The position numbers and the translations under genes are program-made. DNA of 64,000 bases, from positions 120,216-184,215 of the forward strand of contig NMRA01000154.1 in the NCBI GenBank assembly GCA_002633005.1, written 5' to 3'. Below, in pieces: positions 27,858-38,981 of this stretch (its first letter is position 1; each line of letters begins with the position of its first letter). This DNA comes from Phoronis australis (taxonomy: Eukaryota > Animalia > Phoronida). The notes beneath the pieces were generated by a model, which worked only from the letters and a program-made list of their open reading frames with translations, was not told where the DNA came from and did no database searches.

Positions 27858-29558
27858 TTATGCACCCACGTATTTATATGTGGGTGCATATTGCCGTCAT
27901 CTCTGTCTGGGCGTCCGGCGTCCGCGGATGTATCTTCTAAACACCATGCAGGATCTTATTGAAATTTGGCAGGTGTGTTCCTATGGGGTTGACGACAGAG
28001 GGCGACGAGTTTCGGACCAACCCGAATACCGCTGTGCCCCCTGGTGGCAGTTTTAGTTTTTTACGTTTGCCTCTGTATCTTGAAAGGTCCTCAACCGATT
28101 TTCATGAAATTTGACACATAGGCATCTATTAGTGAGGTGACGCTATCCTTTGGTTTTCAGATGGATTCGAGGTATTTTGTGCCACGTAGTGGCCATTTTT
28201 ACTGTTTTCGAGTCTGTCTTTTGGCATCCATCCCTCCATCAACCAAACCGCTCAAAAGATGATTGCGAAAATTGTCATGTATGTTCTTACTATGAAGTGG
28301 ATGGCTGACGATGGTTTTACGATGACTACTGTGGCGCCTCCTAGTGGCAATTTTTTTTTTGCGCCTATGGCTGTATTCCCTAAACCGTTTGCAGGATCTT
28401 CACTAAATTTAGTAAGTGCATTTATATGATGTTAATAACGCAGGATGACGACCATCAGACAGATCTGACTACTGGTGTGCCACCTAGTGGCAATTTTATT
28501 TTTTTACGTTTATCTCTATCTTCAAAGGTCCTCAATGTATTTTCATAAAATTTGGCATACAGGCATTTGTTAATGAGGTGATGCCATCTCTCCATTTTCA
28601 GATGGATTCGACCTAGTTTGCCCCACCTAGTGGCCACTTTTACTTTTTCGAGTATGTTTTTGACGTCCACTCGTCTATCAACCAAACCGCTTTAACGATA
28701 ATTTTGAAAATTGGCATGTATGTTTCTACTATGAAGTGGATGGCTGACGATGATTTTCTGACGAGTTTGATTACTGTGGCGCCTCCTAGTGGCAGTTTTG
28801 TTTTTTGCGGTCATCGCTATATCCCCTAAACCATATGCAGGATCTTTACTTAATTTAGTAAGTGTATTTATATGATGTTGACAACAAACGACGACGACTT
28901 TCGGACAGATCTAATTTTTGGTGTGCCCCTTAGTGGCAATTTTAGTTTTTTACGTTTACCAGTCTGTATCTTCAAAGGTCCTCAACAGATTTTCATAAAA
29001 TTTTGAATATAAGCATGTATTGGTGAGATGACGCTATCATACTGTTTTTGGATGGAATCGATGTATTTTGCGCAACTAGGTGGCCATTTTTGCTGTTTTC
29101 CAATCTTGTTTTTGGCGTCCACCTCCCGATCAACCAAATCATTCTGGGGATGGTTTTGAAAATTGGCCTATATGTTTTCAGTGTGACGAAGACGTTTGAT
29201 GATGGCGACTGACTACTGTGGCGCCTCCTAGTGGTAGTTTTGTTCTGTTTTTCGCCCATAACTGTATCTCCAAAACCCACAGCAGTATCTTTATTAAATT
29301 TAGTAAGTGAATTTATGTGAAGATAACAGACGATGATTGTCAGGCAGATCGAACGGACACTGTGCCCAGAAGTGGCAATTTCATTTTGTTCAATTTTCCT
29401 TCGTTTCTCTGAAGTTCCTTGACTTATTTTATGAAATATGGCACGATCCCGTTTTTGGATGGAGTGTATGTTTTTGCGCCATATAGTGGCCATTTTTATG
29501 ATTCAAATAAATAACCCTATTTGCGATGCATTCATGGGCGCATTTCAATGCTCTTGTT
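27858..29558 (+). mobile_element. Helentron-associated (HINE/DINE-1-like) element carrying a ~145-bp satellite array with ~443-bp higher-order repeat
   Basis: 5' hairpin atgcacccac...gtgggtgcat, gtcc-type short repeats, central tandem array, 3' tgggcgcat plus small stem-loop and T-rich end. Confidence 0.75.
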
Positions 29559-29647
29559 TCAGTAAATATACACTTTATATTCACTAGTTAAATAGTTATT
29601 TCAAGAAGAAGACAACATTTTAATGTTAGTACATGCAATCTTAAGTG

Positions 29648-29885
29648 GAGGAGGCAGTGTGGCCTTGTGAGACAAGCGTACACTTCCTTTACTCAAGGTC
29701 GTGGGTTCGAGTCCCACTGGGACACACCGCTAGACCTTTGAGTCATGTATCTTGCTCCTCAGCTCGGTTTTAACTATATATTAATAAAGCATAAAAGTAG
29801 CTTCAGGTGATCAGTGCAGTGGGCCCACCAAAGCGGCCTGCGCACGTCTGGTACAACGTGAACCAGACCGCCTGCAATTATTCTT
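29648..29885 (+). mobile_element. tRNA-derived SINE, second copy
   Basis: B-box GGTTCGAGTCCC at about 29704; homologous to the 20660 copy. Confidence 0.8.
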
Positions 29886-29958
29886 TCTATATATAACCTT
29901 AGTTGTCTAACAGTCGTTGATTCTACCACAATGTCATGATTCATGCTCTGTTGTGCAG

Positions 29959-30058
29959 AAACTACCATGTGTTCTACTACTTACTGGCTGGGGCCTCTGA
30001 GAAAGAGAAGGAAAGTCTACAGCTGTCCACGGCAGAGGATTACTACTACTTGAACAGG
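29959..30058 (+). CDS. MYO9: Myo9 exon ([11 protein letters not shown]...DYYYLNR)
   Basis: gtgcag / gtgagt; ERNYHVFY motif completed across the junction. Confidence 0.95.
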
Positions 30059-31598
30059 GTGAGTGAACTTTGGTCTCCTTGGTAACATTATGTAATGCAT
30101 TGTGGCACAAGGCTCGCTAAAAAGTGTCTGGTCTTGGCAAGGTGGATGCAGTAAAACTGATCTACTTGAGGGTTGAGATGTGCTAAGTCATTCGACCCTG
30201 AGTGTCACATAAATAGCACAATTTCCTTGTTAGTGTTGGGGATTGTCTGGGTGGCTTTGAAGTCGCTTGGATATCGAAGGAGCTATCACCAATATAAAGT
30301 CCGATGAGAGCTGTTTTGGAAACAAATGTTGCTATTTCATTCTGGCAAGGGACAAAAGTGTGTGAAACGTGTCAAAATGTTGTTATTTTCACAACTTTGA
30401 TCGTTTTAAAGTGGAACTTGCATGCTAATTCCTTATCTCTGTGCTTACTTGGTCAAATTAGTTAGAAACGCAACATATAGCGACGATGTGAATATCAAGT
30501 AGGTTGAAAATTGCCAAATGTCTTTAAGAACGAGTTCTGTGTTGCAATGATTCACGGTAAATTACTCAATTGTGCTTAGTAAGAATAGTGACGCAGTGTT
30601 GGGAAATAACACTGCCTGATGCGGGCTATATGAGCCCCCAAGGTACTGCATTAGTGCAAAGGTCACCTATTTGCAGAATATTTTGTTTTCACATTACAAG
30701 TTGTCAGTTAATACAACTGCACTTTGTTTAGCATAGATGATGTTTAAATAGCATTGTTGTTTAATTCCTGCTACACATTAATATAGTTAGAAGCATGCAA
30801 ATACATCTTTAATAGCCGTTAACACATTTCAAGTTTACTTGTCCATGGTGGCATCACTGCACTTGGTAAGGCTTCGCTTGTTTAGGAAACAATAAGGCAC
30901 ACGTTTGGGTTTTTGTTTAGTCAAAACTTGCAACAAAAATAAACATTTAGAAAATTCTGCGTCCTTCTGAGCAAGGTTTGTACTGTGCAGTTGACGTAAA
31001 GCAACACGTTCTGGGGCCGGGATCTATTCTTCTTTTTGGAAAATAGTGTCCGTCATTTACTGTTCTCCTTTGATACAAACTCAAGATAATTATCTATTTC
31101 ACTGTACTTGAGTGTATTATGGATTATGCTAATCTCTGTGTAGTCCAAAATTGCTCTTGTTGACCCCTGGATTTGAGCCACAAACTCGAATAGAAGTTTG
31201 AGATTTTGAGTAAGAATTCGAAATTCCGAAAAACTTGGCCTCATAATCATCCCACTGTTCTACTGATAACTGAACATGAAAAATTTTCAACAGATTGAAC
31301 AAGATTGTGTGCTTAAGCAGCATTCATCTTGATCGTTGCAATACAAAACGTATTCCATAAACTTGGCAGAAATGGTTTCTTGCTATTGGGGCTATGAAAG
31401 AGTCGTGATATTGCGGCCAAAGAAGCCCCCACGCAGCTCTTTTGGAAAAATTGATGACGCTTTTTCGGAGACTGGTATCTGAAGACAAATAACTCTTACT
31501 TATACATTTCTGCCAAGGTTCTGGCAGAATGATCCGAAATAAAATGTTTAAAATTGTCTTATGTTGTAGAAATAAATTATGTTGATTTCACTTTTCAG

Positions 31599-31699
31599 AA
31601 TGGTTGCTTTAAGCTGGAAGAGTGTGATGATAATTATGAATTTGCTCGGCTCAAACAGTCTATGGAGATGGTTGGATTCTCACCCGAGGTCCAGCGCAG
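31599..31699 (+). CDS. MYO9: Myo9 exon (NGCFKLEECDDNYEFARLKQSMEMVGF)
   Basis: tttcag / gtaact; in phase with neighbours. Confidence 0.93.
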
Positions 31700-32076
31700 G
31701 TAACTGGCTCTGACCATCAGCTGATCTAAGTGTTCCAGTCCAGGTGACTGGCACTGACCATCAGCTGATCTAAGTGTTCCAGTGCAAGTGACTGGCACTG
31801 ACCATCAGCTGATTTAAGTGTTCCAGTGCAGGTGACTGGCACTGACCATCAGCTGATCTAAGTGTTCCAGTCCAGGTAACTTGCTCTGACCATCAGCTGA
31901 TCTTAGTGTTCCAGCATAGGTAACTGGCTCTGACCATCAGCTGATTTAAGTGGTCCAGTGCAACTAAATGGCTCTGACCAGCAGCTGATCTATACGGTCC
32001 AGTGCAAGTAACTGACTCTCACCATCAGCTGATCTAAGTGGTCCAGTGCAGGTAACTGGCACTGACCATCGGCTGC
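31690..32076 (+). repeat. 44-bp minisatellite x~9 beginning at an exon donor
   Basis: Unit ccagtgcag|gtaactggctctgaccatcagctgatctaagtgtt at 31700, 31744, ... 32052. Confidence 0.97.
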
Positions 32077-32591
32077 TCCAAAAGTACAGTGACCCTCACT
32101 TCTCACTGTTGTCTCGTGTGATTTTTTTTGACTGTTACTCAATATGTCCCGGTCGGTCTCATGAACTATCAGTAAAGCCAGGTGTCCACTGTTTTCCTCT
32201 GACTTGTATGTATTCAGTACATAGTCAGGTCGTAGTCAGTTACTCCACACTTTGTATATTGCCCATAGACAACAGTTTGTCATAGGCATCGTTTCTATCA
32301 TTGTCAAGTTATATCTATATTTTTCCGAAAAAAGTCATCTGCCTTTCTCATGCAGAAGTCTCAGCTGATGCCCAAATCATTAAAATAATTTTTTAAATTA
32401 AGTTCAATTTCATTGAGCTTCAACAAAGCTATGGTTATTTAACGAATGACAAGCTGGCGTCACTCAACATCTCCTGATATCATCAAACATGTGTTTCCTT
32501 GTGCATGTATAATCTCAAAGAGAAAGCCCCAGATTAAACTTATTGACTGTTTGTTGTTAATTACTGGAACAACTTCCCTCGTCATTTTCAG

Positions 32592-32724
32592 GCTCTTCTC
32601 TGTTCTGTCAGCTGTTCTCCATCTTGGAAATGTCGAATTTAAATTGAAACCCAACTTCCAGCATGGCGAGGCTGTGAGTATAGTCAACAGTCAACAGTTG
32701 GTCGTCATCTCAAATCTTTTAAAG
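32592..32724 (+). CDS. MYO9: Myo9 exon (LFSVLSAVLHLGNVEF)
   Basis: tttcag / gtaagt; LHLGN motif. Confidence 0.95.
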
Positions 32725-33081
32725 GTAAGTAGATTTCTAAAATGAGTATTGTACTTGTGTCGTTTTATTTTTCGGTAATATCTGCAGGGTTGACTTAAGA
32801 AAAACGTCCACCGAACCTAGTGTGTATTATGTGGATGTGTTGAAAGATGTCTACACAATAGTTAGTCATCCAACTTTACAGTCACTGAGAATGTTCTTAT
32901 ATTTTTGGTCCCTGGTATTAAGTATTCATATTAAATGAAATTTTCTCACTTACTGCCAGGGTTGCTATCTGGTTCTGATGAAACAGTGAGGAGAATCAGG
33001 TTGCGATTAAATACTTCATTGTCGAACCAAATAGTGATTCAAAGTTTTTATACTAGCATTTCTTGCCGGAGACCCACAGTA

Positions 33082-33400
33082 GGTGTATTTCTAAGATATG
33101 GTTGAGTATTCCAGTTAAAGTGTATGTGTTTTCTAAGATATGGTTAACTATTTGGTCAAAGTGTGTGTGTTTTCTTAGATATGGTTGACTATTAAGGTCA
33201 AAGTGTGTATTTTCTAAGATATGGTTGCCTATAAGGTTAAAGTGTGTGTATTTTCTAATAGTTGACTATTAAGGTCAAGTGTGTGTATTTTCTAAGATAT
33301 GGTTGCCTATAAGGTTAAAGTGTGTGTATTTTCTAATAGTTGACTATTAAGGTCAAAGTGTGTGTATTTTCTAAGATATGGTTGACTATTCAGGTCAAAG
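33082..33400 (+). repeat. ~40-bp minisatellite x~8 ending across an exon acceptor
   Basis: Unit tgtgtgtattttctaagatatggttgactatt(a/c)ag|gtcaaag. Confidence 0.95.
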
Positions 33401-33732
33401 AAGAGACTTTACTAGAAGCTCTTACAAAAAAGAAAACTGTTGCGGGTGGTGAGACGGTTGTCATTCCCTACAGACTGGAAGATGCCATGGCAACACGCGA
33501 TGCTATGGCAAAGTGTCTCTACGGGGCACTGTTTGATTGGATAGTGCTGCAGGTCAACCACGCCCTCCTTGCTAAGCGGGAGAACAACGAGCACAAAGGT
33601 AACTCCATCGGAGTCCTGGACATCTTCGGCTTTGAGGACTTTGACCGGAACAGCTTTGAGCAGTTCTGCATCAACTATGCCAACGAACATCTACAGTACT
33701 ACTTCAACCAGCACATCTTTAAGTTTGAGCAG
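33394..33732 (+). CDS. MYO9: Myo9 exon with switch II ([23 protein letters not shown])
   Basis: attcag / gtaccg; canonical motifs. Confidence 0.97.
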
Positions 33733-34056
33733 GTACCGTGGGTGTTTTTGTTACTGCCATTTCGTAAAATGACTTGTCATGTTTCTATTTTCTGGCTCCT
33801 ACTTGTTGTGTGCGTTCCCTATTTATCTTTTTTGTTCACTGAGATTAGAAATCAGGGTCAGATTTGCAAAAGTTCCCAAAATGTTAGCTTTGAAAAATGA
33901 ATACCAGGATTGCTCTTGTTGTTCAGTATGTCACCTGTTAGGTGTATGACATGTAAAACTTCTAAAATATTTGTGTAAAATGGTTGTGTGATAGAAATTA
34001 CATTGCATTGTTATATTTGCTCGGTCTTATTTATTCCTCTTTTCTTATTCTGACAG

Positions 34057-34178
34057 GAAGAGTATCAAAAGGAGGGTATACAGTGGAAGAACATTGAGTT
34101 CATTGACAACACCGTGTGTCTGGATCTGTTTGCCAAGAAACCACACGGACTGTTCTACCTCATTGATGAAGAGTGCAA
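34057..34178 (+). CDS. MYO9: Myo9 exon ([10 protein letters not shown]...LIDEEC)
   Basis: tgacag / gtaaga; relay loop motif. Confidence 0.95.
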
Positions 34179-34581
34179 GTAAGAGGGACCCTCGGTCACT
34201 ACAAATAGCATGTCAAATAACTTGTTCGTTTTTGCTGCAATTAAGCCATAGCATCAGAGTGTCAGAATTATTGTTGTTTCGTCATACTGGTGTTAATTGT
34301 ACAGAACTGGTGTTCATTCGTGTGCATGTTGTGTTTGTGGAACGTTGTAAAACAATGACAGTAACAGAACTATAAAAACGCGCATCTTTTCTAAAAAAGC
34401 ACGTGGTCCGTGGACGTAGATATCACATGATTGAATAACGAAAATCGTATGTCTGTTCATAACAATCATCAGTTTCGCAGCTCCCATTTCAATTTCCCTC
34501 GTGCGACCACACTCTTCTTTAGAAGCAGATGCTGATTTACATAATTATAATGTATCATCAGTTTCTCATCGCTCATTTCAG

Positions 34582-34814
34582 TTTCCCTGGTGCAACTAGT
34601 GAGACCCTCCTACAGAAGATGAAGCAGACGCACCATTCCAACACATACTACGAGGTGCCACAGTTACGTGAGAGCGCCTTTATCGTCGTCCACTATGCCG
34701 GCAAGGTCAAGTACCACATTGTCGACTTCCGCGAAAAGAACTCTGACTTGATGCGGCCGGACATTGTTGCTCTGCTTAAAAACAGCAACTTGTCGTTTGT
34801 GCGCGAGTTGGTCG
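34582..34814 (+). CDS. MYO9: Myo9 exon (FPGAT...HYAGKVKY...FREKN)
   Basis: tttcag / gtgagt; HYAG motif. Confidence 0.95.
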
Positions 34815-35393
34815 GTGAGTAGGGATGGATTAGATATTCTGAACGTGTAGTCTTGTTTCCTTATGTGGTGCTGTATGCGTTTGTAGACCTTAAGCCAGTA
34901 TTGTGACTGACTGACTGTCAGGTACTTCATCAGAAATGTCTTCTAGTTCTAGGTCCTGTAATTAGGTTGTTGAAATATCACTTAAAGCTGCATCTCGCCC
35001 GGTTTACCAGACGAAAAAACACAAATGGAGCTGGACCTTGTACTCTTTTAATTAAATATGCCTCAAAGTTCCCCTTACCATGATAGCTCTTATTTTTTTT
35101 TCTGTAAATTACCGTGAAAATACAAAACTCAACTGGTCAAGAAGCACTTTGAAAATTCAAAGATTCTATTGGGATTAGCCAACCCTGAAATTCAAAAATG
35201 GTGTGCAGGGACTAGATCAGTCACGTGGCTTGTTGGTTCTTTAATTTAGAGCTAGAAATATGGTTAAGGTGACAATGGAACAGAGAAATTCAACTTGACT
35301 TACTGACTGCTCTTCACTGGTTCACCGTTGTGAGATTTAAACAGCTGCAGCTGTACTTACACAATGTCAATTGGTCGGACAAGGTCATCAACT

Positions 35394-35665
35394 GTGAGAC
35401 ATAGCAAACAAACGTTTTTAAGTGTGGTCTGCGCGCTACCTCTTGGCCACATTATGTGACCTAATGAATCCTGTAAGTTTGAAAAGATTTCTGCCCTGAC
35501 CGGGACTCGAACCCGGGACCTTCTGCATGGTTAGCAGAAGGTTCCGAGTTCAAGTCTAGATCAGGGCAGAAATCTTTGCAGACTTATGCTCATTCGGACA
35601 CATGACGTGGCCAACAGGTGGCGTGCAGACCAGACTTAAAAAATGTTTGTGAGCTATATTTTCAC
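35394..35665. mobile_element. Palindromic element made of two inverted tRNA-3'-half-containing arms
   Basis: ~130-bp arms around a 7-nt loop at 35527-35533; B-box (GGTTCGAGTCCC type) on each strand. Confidence 0.85.
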
Positions 35666-36417
35666 GCTGGATCAAGATTTACATGTTTATGTCGTGAGAC
35701 ATAGCAGTGAACAGAATACAAATTTTCCTGCCTGTGTTAAAAGTTGCAGAGAGAGGTGGTTACCTTGGGACGTAGCGCTTGTTCAAGGTGCAAAGATCTT
35801 CGCGTTACTGAGAACGAACTCTTACTATTATGTTGACACTGTTTGATTGTGTTTACTTGCATTCTCTACCATCTTTAAGTTTCTTGGTTTCTGTTGCCAC
35901 ATGTTTTGATTGCTTATGTAGCTATTTTTAATTTTTATTTCTGTTTCCAATTCCTGTCTGTTTACTCAGAGGACATAAAATTTGGGTCCTACTTTTACTA
36001 CTAGTTATCATGCTAACTGTCTAGTTGGCTTCGTGACTTCATTTGATACTTAGTATTATGTCAGCTAACTGTCTTAGTTTTTGATTGCAGCTTGTAGAAT
36101 TCTTATCGTAACACTTCTTGTAGAAGCGAATACTTTCACTTATATCGTGTTTGAACCCGGCTTCTATTAGAGCCTGGCTTCTACTAGAAACAGTTCCAGT
36201 AAACATTTGCCAATTTCAATCCATTCAAACTCCCAGGGTTCGTTTAAGTCCAGGTAGAAGAGGCTAGCTTGTTCTAGAGACCTCCGGTTTCCATAGAAAC
36301 ATCACCGTAATGGTACTTTAATGGTTAGAACAACTCGATGGCTATGCTGTGTTTCTCGACACTGAGTTTCCGTTTCACTCATTTCATCTCACGGTTATGG
36401 ATGCCTGTTTTCTCTAG

Positions 36418-36516
36418 GAACTGATCCGGTCGCGGTTCTACGGTGGCGGATTGTCAAGGCCTTCTTCAGTTGTTTCTTTGCTTTCATAGATGCCGGGAAA
36501 CGTTATCGGAAGGGAG
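36418..36516 (+). CDS. MYO9: Myo9 loop-2 insert, start (DPVAVLRWRIVKAFF; calmodulin-binding segment in characterised class IX myosins)
   Basis: ctctag / gtagtg; phase 1-1; class IX signature. Confidence 0.9.
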
Positions 36517-36825
36517 GTAGTGTACTCTAGGACATTCTGGAAATCGTACTTGGTGGTTGAGAGTTCTGTTTTCAAAACTTTAGAATCTTTTGAGATCTGT
36601 ATTACTCCCACACATTGTTGTTTTCTTGTTCGAATATCAAACAGATGAAAAATGATAGGATTGTTGCCTAGGTGACGGAGTTGAGACTCGTGTTTAATAA
36701 TAATTATTGACAGTGTTTTATTTTACTAAAAAAACATTTTGCTGATAACGGATTTACTGAGTGGGCACATTAACTGTGATTAGACCATATGAGTCGGTAC
36801 ACTTGATTGACTTAGCCAGTTCCAC

Positions 36826-36910
36826 TAGGTCAACTAGCTAAGACATCTGATTGGTTCACAATGGCGACTTCCTCCTTTTAAACCAATCAGATGTCTTAGC
36901 CAGTTGACCT
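36826..36910. repeat. Inverted repeat, ~30-bp arms (MITE remnant / hairpin)
   Basis: aggtcaactagctaagacatctgattggtt ... aaccaatcagatgtcttagccagttgacct. Confidence 0.9.
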
Positions 36911-37030
36911 GGCTGAACAAGTGACGTCAGTCAACCACAGCCAAATTTCAACCTTTACCATGTAACCTGTATTTCAAATGTTATCCTATTTAAAGTGTCC
37001 TCCTCTGTCTCAGTCATGTTTTCCACACAG

Positions 37031-37115
37031 GTTCAAAGCACACTTCCTTACGTAGGCGACAGTCTGGTGCCAAACTAGCCAGCATCCGAAAGTCCCTGGG
37101 CGAGAATGCCCTCAG
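37031..37115 (+). CDS. MYO9: Myo9 loop-2 exon (SKHTSLRRRQSGAKLASIRKSLGENAL)
   Basis: acacag / gtatgt; open in the required frame, phase 1 to 2. Confidence 0.8.
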
Positions 37116-37436
37116 GTATGTCTCAGTTTGTTTACGTTGGTCCGCTCCTCTCTGTGTGGGTTCACAGGGTGTTCCTGTGATCACCTTGCTTAGCTCATCA
37201 CAGCCACGGTAACCAGGGCATAATGTTGGAATACTTAGTGGAGCTGTGTCACGTAGATGTGGTGTGCAGTGTACATTATAACCTTGTGTTGCTTTTATTA
37301 GTATCAGTTCGGATACTCTTCTGATTTTGGAGGAAGTTTTCAACAGAGATCCTTTTGATGTACTAGTTAGTCATGTATAGTAACTAGTTGTGAGAGATGT
37401 TAACACTTATTGCAAACCATACATACGTGCGGAATC

Positions 37437-37639
37437 ATTACACCTTATTCACGCAGTCGCCATATTACAAAGAGCCTCTTTTTAGATTTTTTAAACACAT
37501 TGCATTCCTCGCTTAATCACAGTGCAAAACGTGATTTTTTTCGCATATCTTGTTAATTTTTTATGTCTCAAATGCATTGTTTTTTAAACCTAAAAAGAGG
37601 CTCATTTTTAAAATGGCGACTGCCTGAATGAGGTCTATT
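37437..37639. mobile_element. ~200-bp MITE with ~50-bp TIRs
   Basis: ccttattcacgcagtcgccat...gagcctctttttag versus ctaaaaagaggctc...atggcgactgcctgaatgagg. Confidence 0.85.
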
Positions 37640-37989
37640 ACTGCCATGTAAGAACAAGACTCTTTTTTTCGAAATTTATGCCCCACAAATGTTGATCTTC
37701 AGAAATATCTTTTCAATGTCTGCCATGCGTCTGCTTGTCTGTCTTGTTACAAGGTCAAGGTCAAGGTTGCCATACTTTGCATGCATTAACGTCATGACCT
37801 GTAATATATTTTACTCCCTCAAGTTTATCCTAAGATGTTTTCCTGAAAATCCAAAAATCACTTCAGTTTCAGATACTATTCCTGATACATTGTTCTCTAA
37901 AATGCTTTTAGAAATTGTTCCACTTTTTTGTAAGGGACTGTCAGAAAATTGGACTTTTATAAATTTGTATCAAATGAAATTTGGTCATG

Positions 37990-38180
37990 CTAGTGTTGCT
38001 GTTCTTTTGATAAGTTTCACTAAAAAGACGTGGTCACATGACCCAGTTAATACTAGATTGGTGTAATATCATCAATTTCTACGTCAAGCTTTCTACTTTC
38101 AAAAATGTATACTTTTACTGAGTTGCAATCTATAGTTTTGCGAATATTTGGCTAAATGCACAAGGTGATACATAACGTTA
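37990..38180 (-). mobile_element. Kolobok-like family copy (end)
   Basis: Reverse-complement similarity to 5620-5780; ends tacataacg|ttaa. Confidence 0.5.
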
Positions 38181-38930
38181 AGGACTATTAAAAATGGTGA
38201 TTTTTACAAGTTTCACTGATCAACTANTCACTACAATAAGCGTCCCCTCCCTGTGAAATGAATTTTTCTAAGCGTTTGTTTGAGCCAATACAGTATACAG
38301 CTTTCCACCAAGGCTAGGTGATGCAAGACATTATTACTTGTTCTTTGTTGCATTATAGTAACTGGTCTTGGCTAATTATCATTTTATGGTCTGGTCATCC
38401 ATTCAGCCCAAAGTAGTTCCAGAGGTGGCTTATCAGCCAATTATTCACGCATGCTGACTCACAATAGAAGCCTGATAAGAGTGAAGGTGGATAAATGCGG
38501 TGTTCCTACAGATTCTTGTTTTAGTGGATGTGTTCACGACATGCTGACGTTAAAAAACTAATGCACACCAAAGTCTTACGTCTTAAAGTTTTTCTGGTAT
38601 TTGAAAATAATGTTGTTTTCAGTTAAATTTAGAATGTCCATAAAGCAGTCATAGAAACGGAGTAGTTGACTTGTTAAAATCAGTGGCAGCTTGACTTCCA
38701 AGCTCTCAGTTTGTGCATTATTGTGATCAGTATGAAAATCATTGAGCGTTCTCAACAAATTTTAAAATCTCAAAACTAGTAATTTTCTTTCCTGGAGTTA
38801 TTCGTGGTGAAGTTCCTGAACCATGGCGGTTTCTGACGATGAATTTGACCAAAATATTTCCTATCAGTGCCACTAACTCTTTGCTTGTTCCGCCTCCAGC
38901 CTGTTGAGTTTATCTTGTTTCTCTCGCCAG

Positions 38931-38981
38931 ATACGATCTTTTCCGTTTAACCCGTGCTTGTTCCCTCATCCACGTTATTAA
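38931..38981 (+). CDS. Candidate 51-nt cassette exon in loop 2 (YDLFRLTRACSLIHVI)
   Basis: Pyrimidine tract + ccag, donor gtaagt, phase 2-2, no stop, TGCATG just downstream. Confidence 0.55.
   Translation: MRSFPFNPCLFPHPRY

Noticed and set aside
28993-29493. 166-aa minus-strand ORF
   Set aside because: Lies inside the satellite array; no domain-like content
31690-32076. CRISPR-like appearance of regularly spaced repeats (also 27858-29558, 58340-58643)
   Set aside because: Units are repeated over their full length with no unique spacers, there are no cas genes, and the context is a eukaryotic intron
35485-35580. Functional tRNA gene
   Set aside because: No D-arm/A-box or 5' acceptor strand; only mirrored 3' halves
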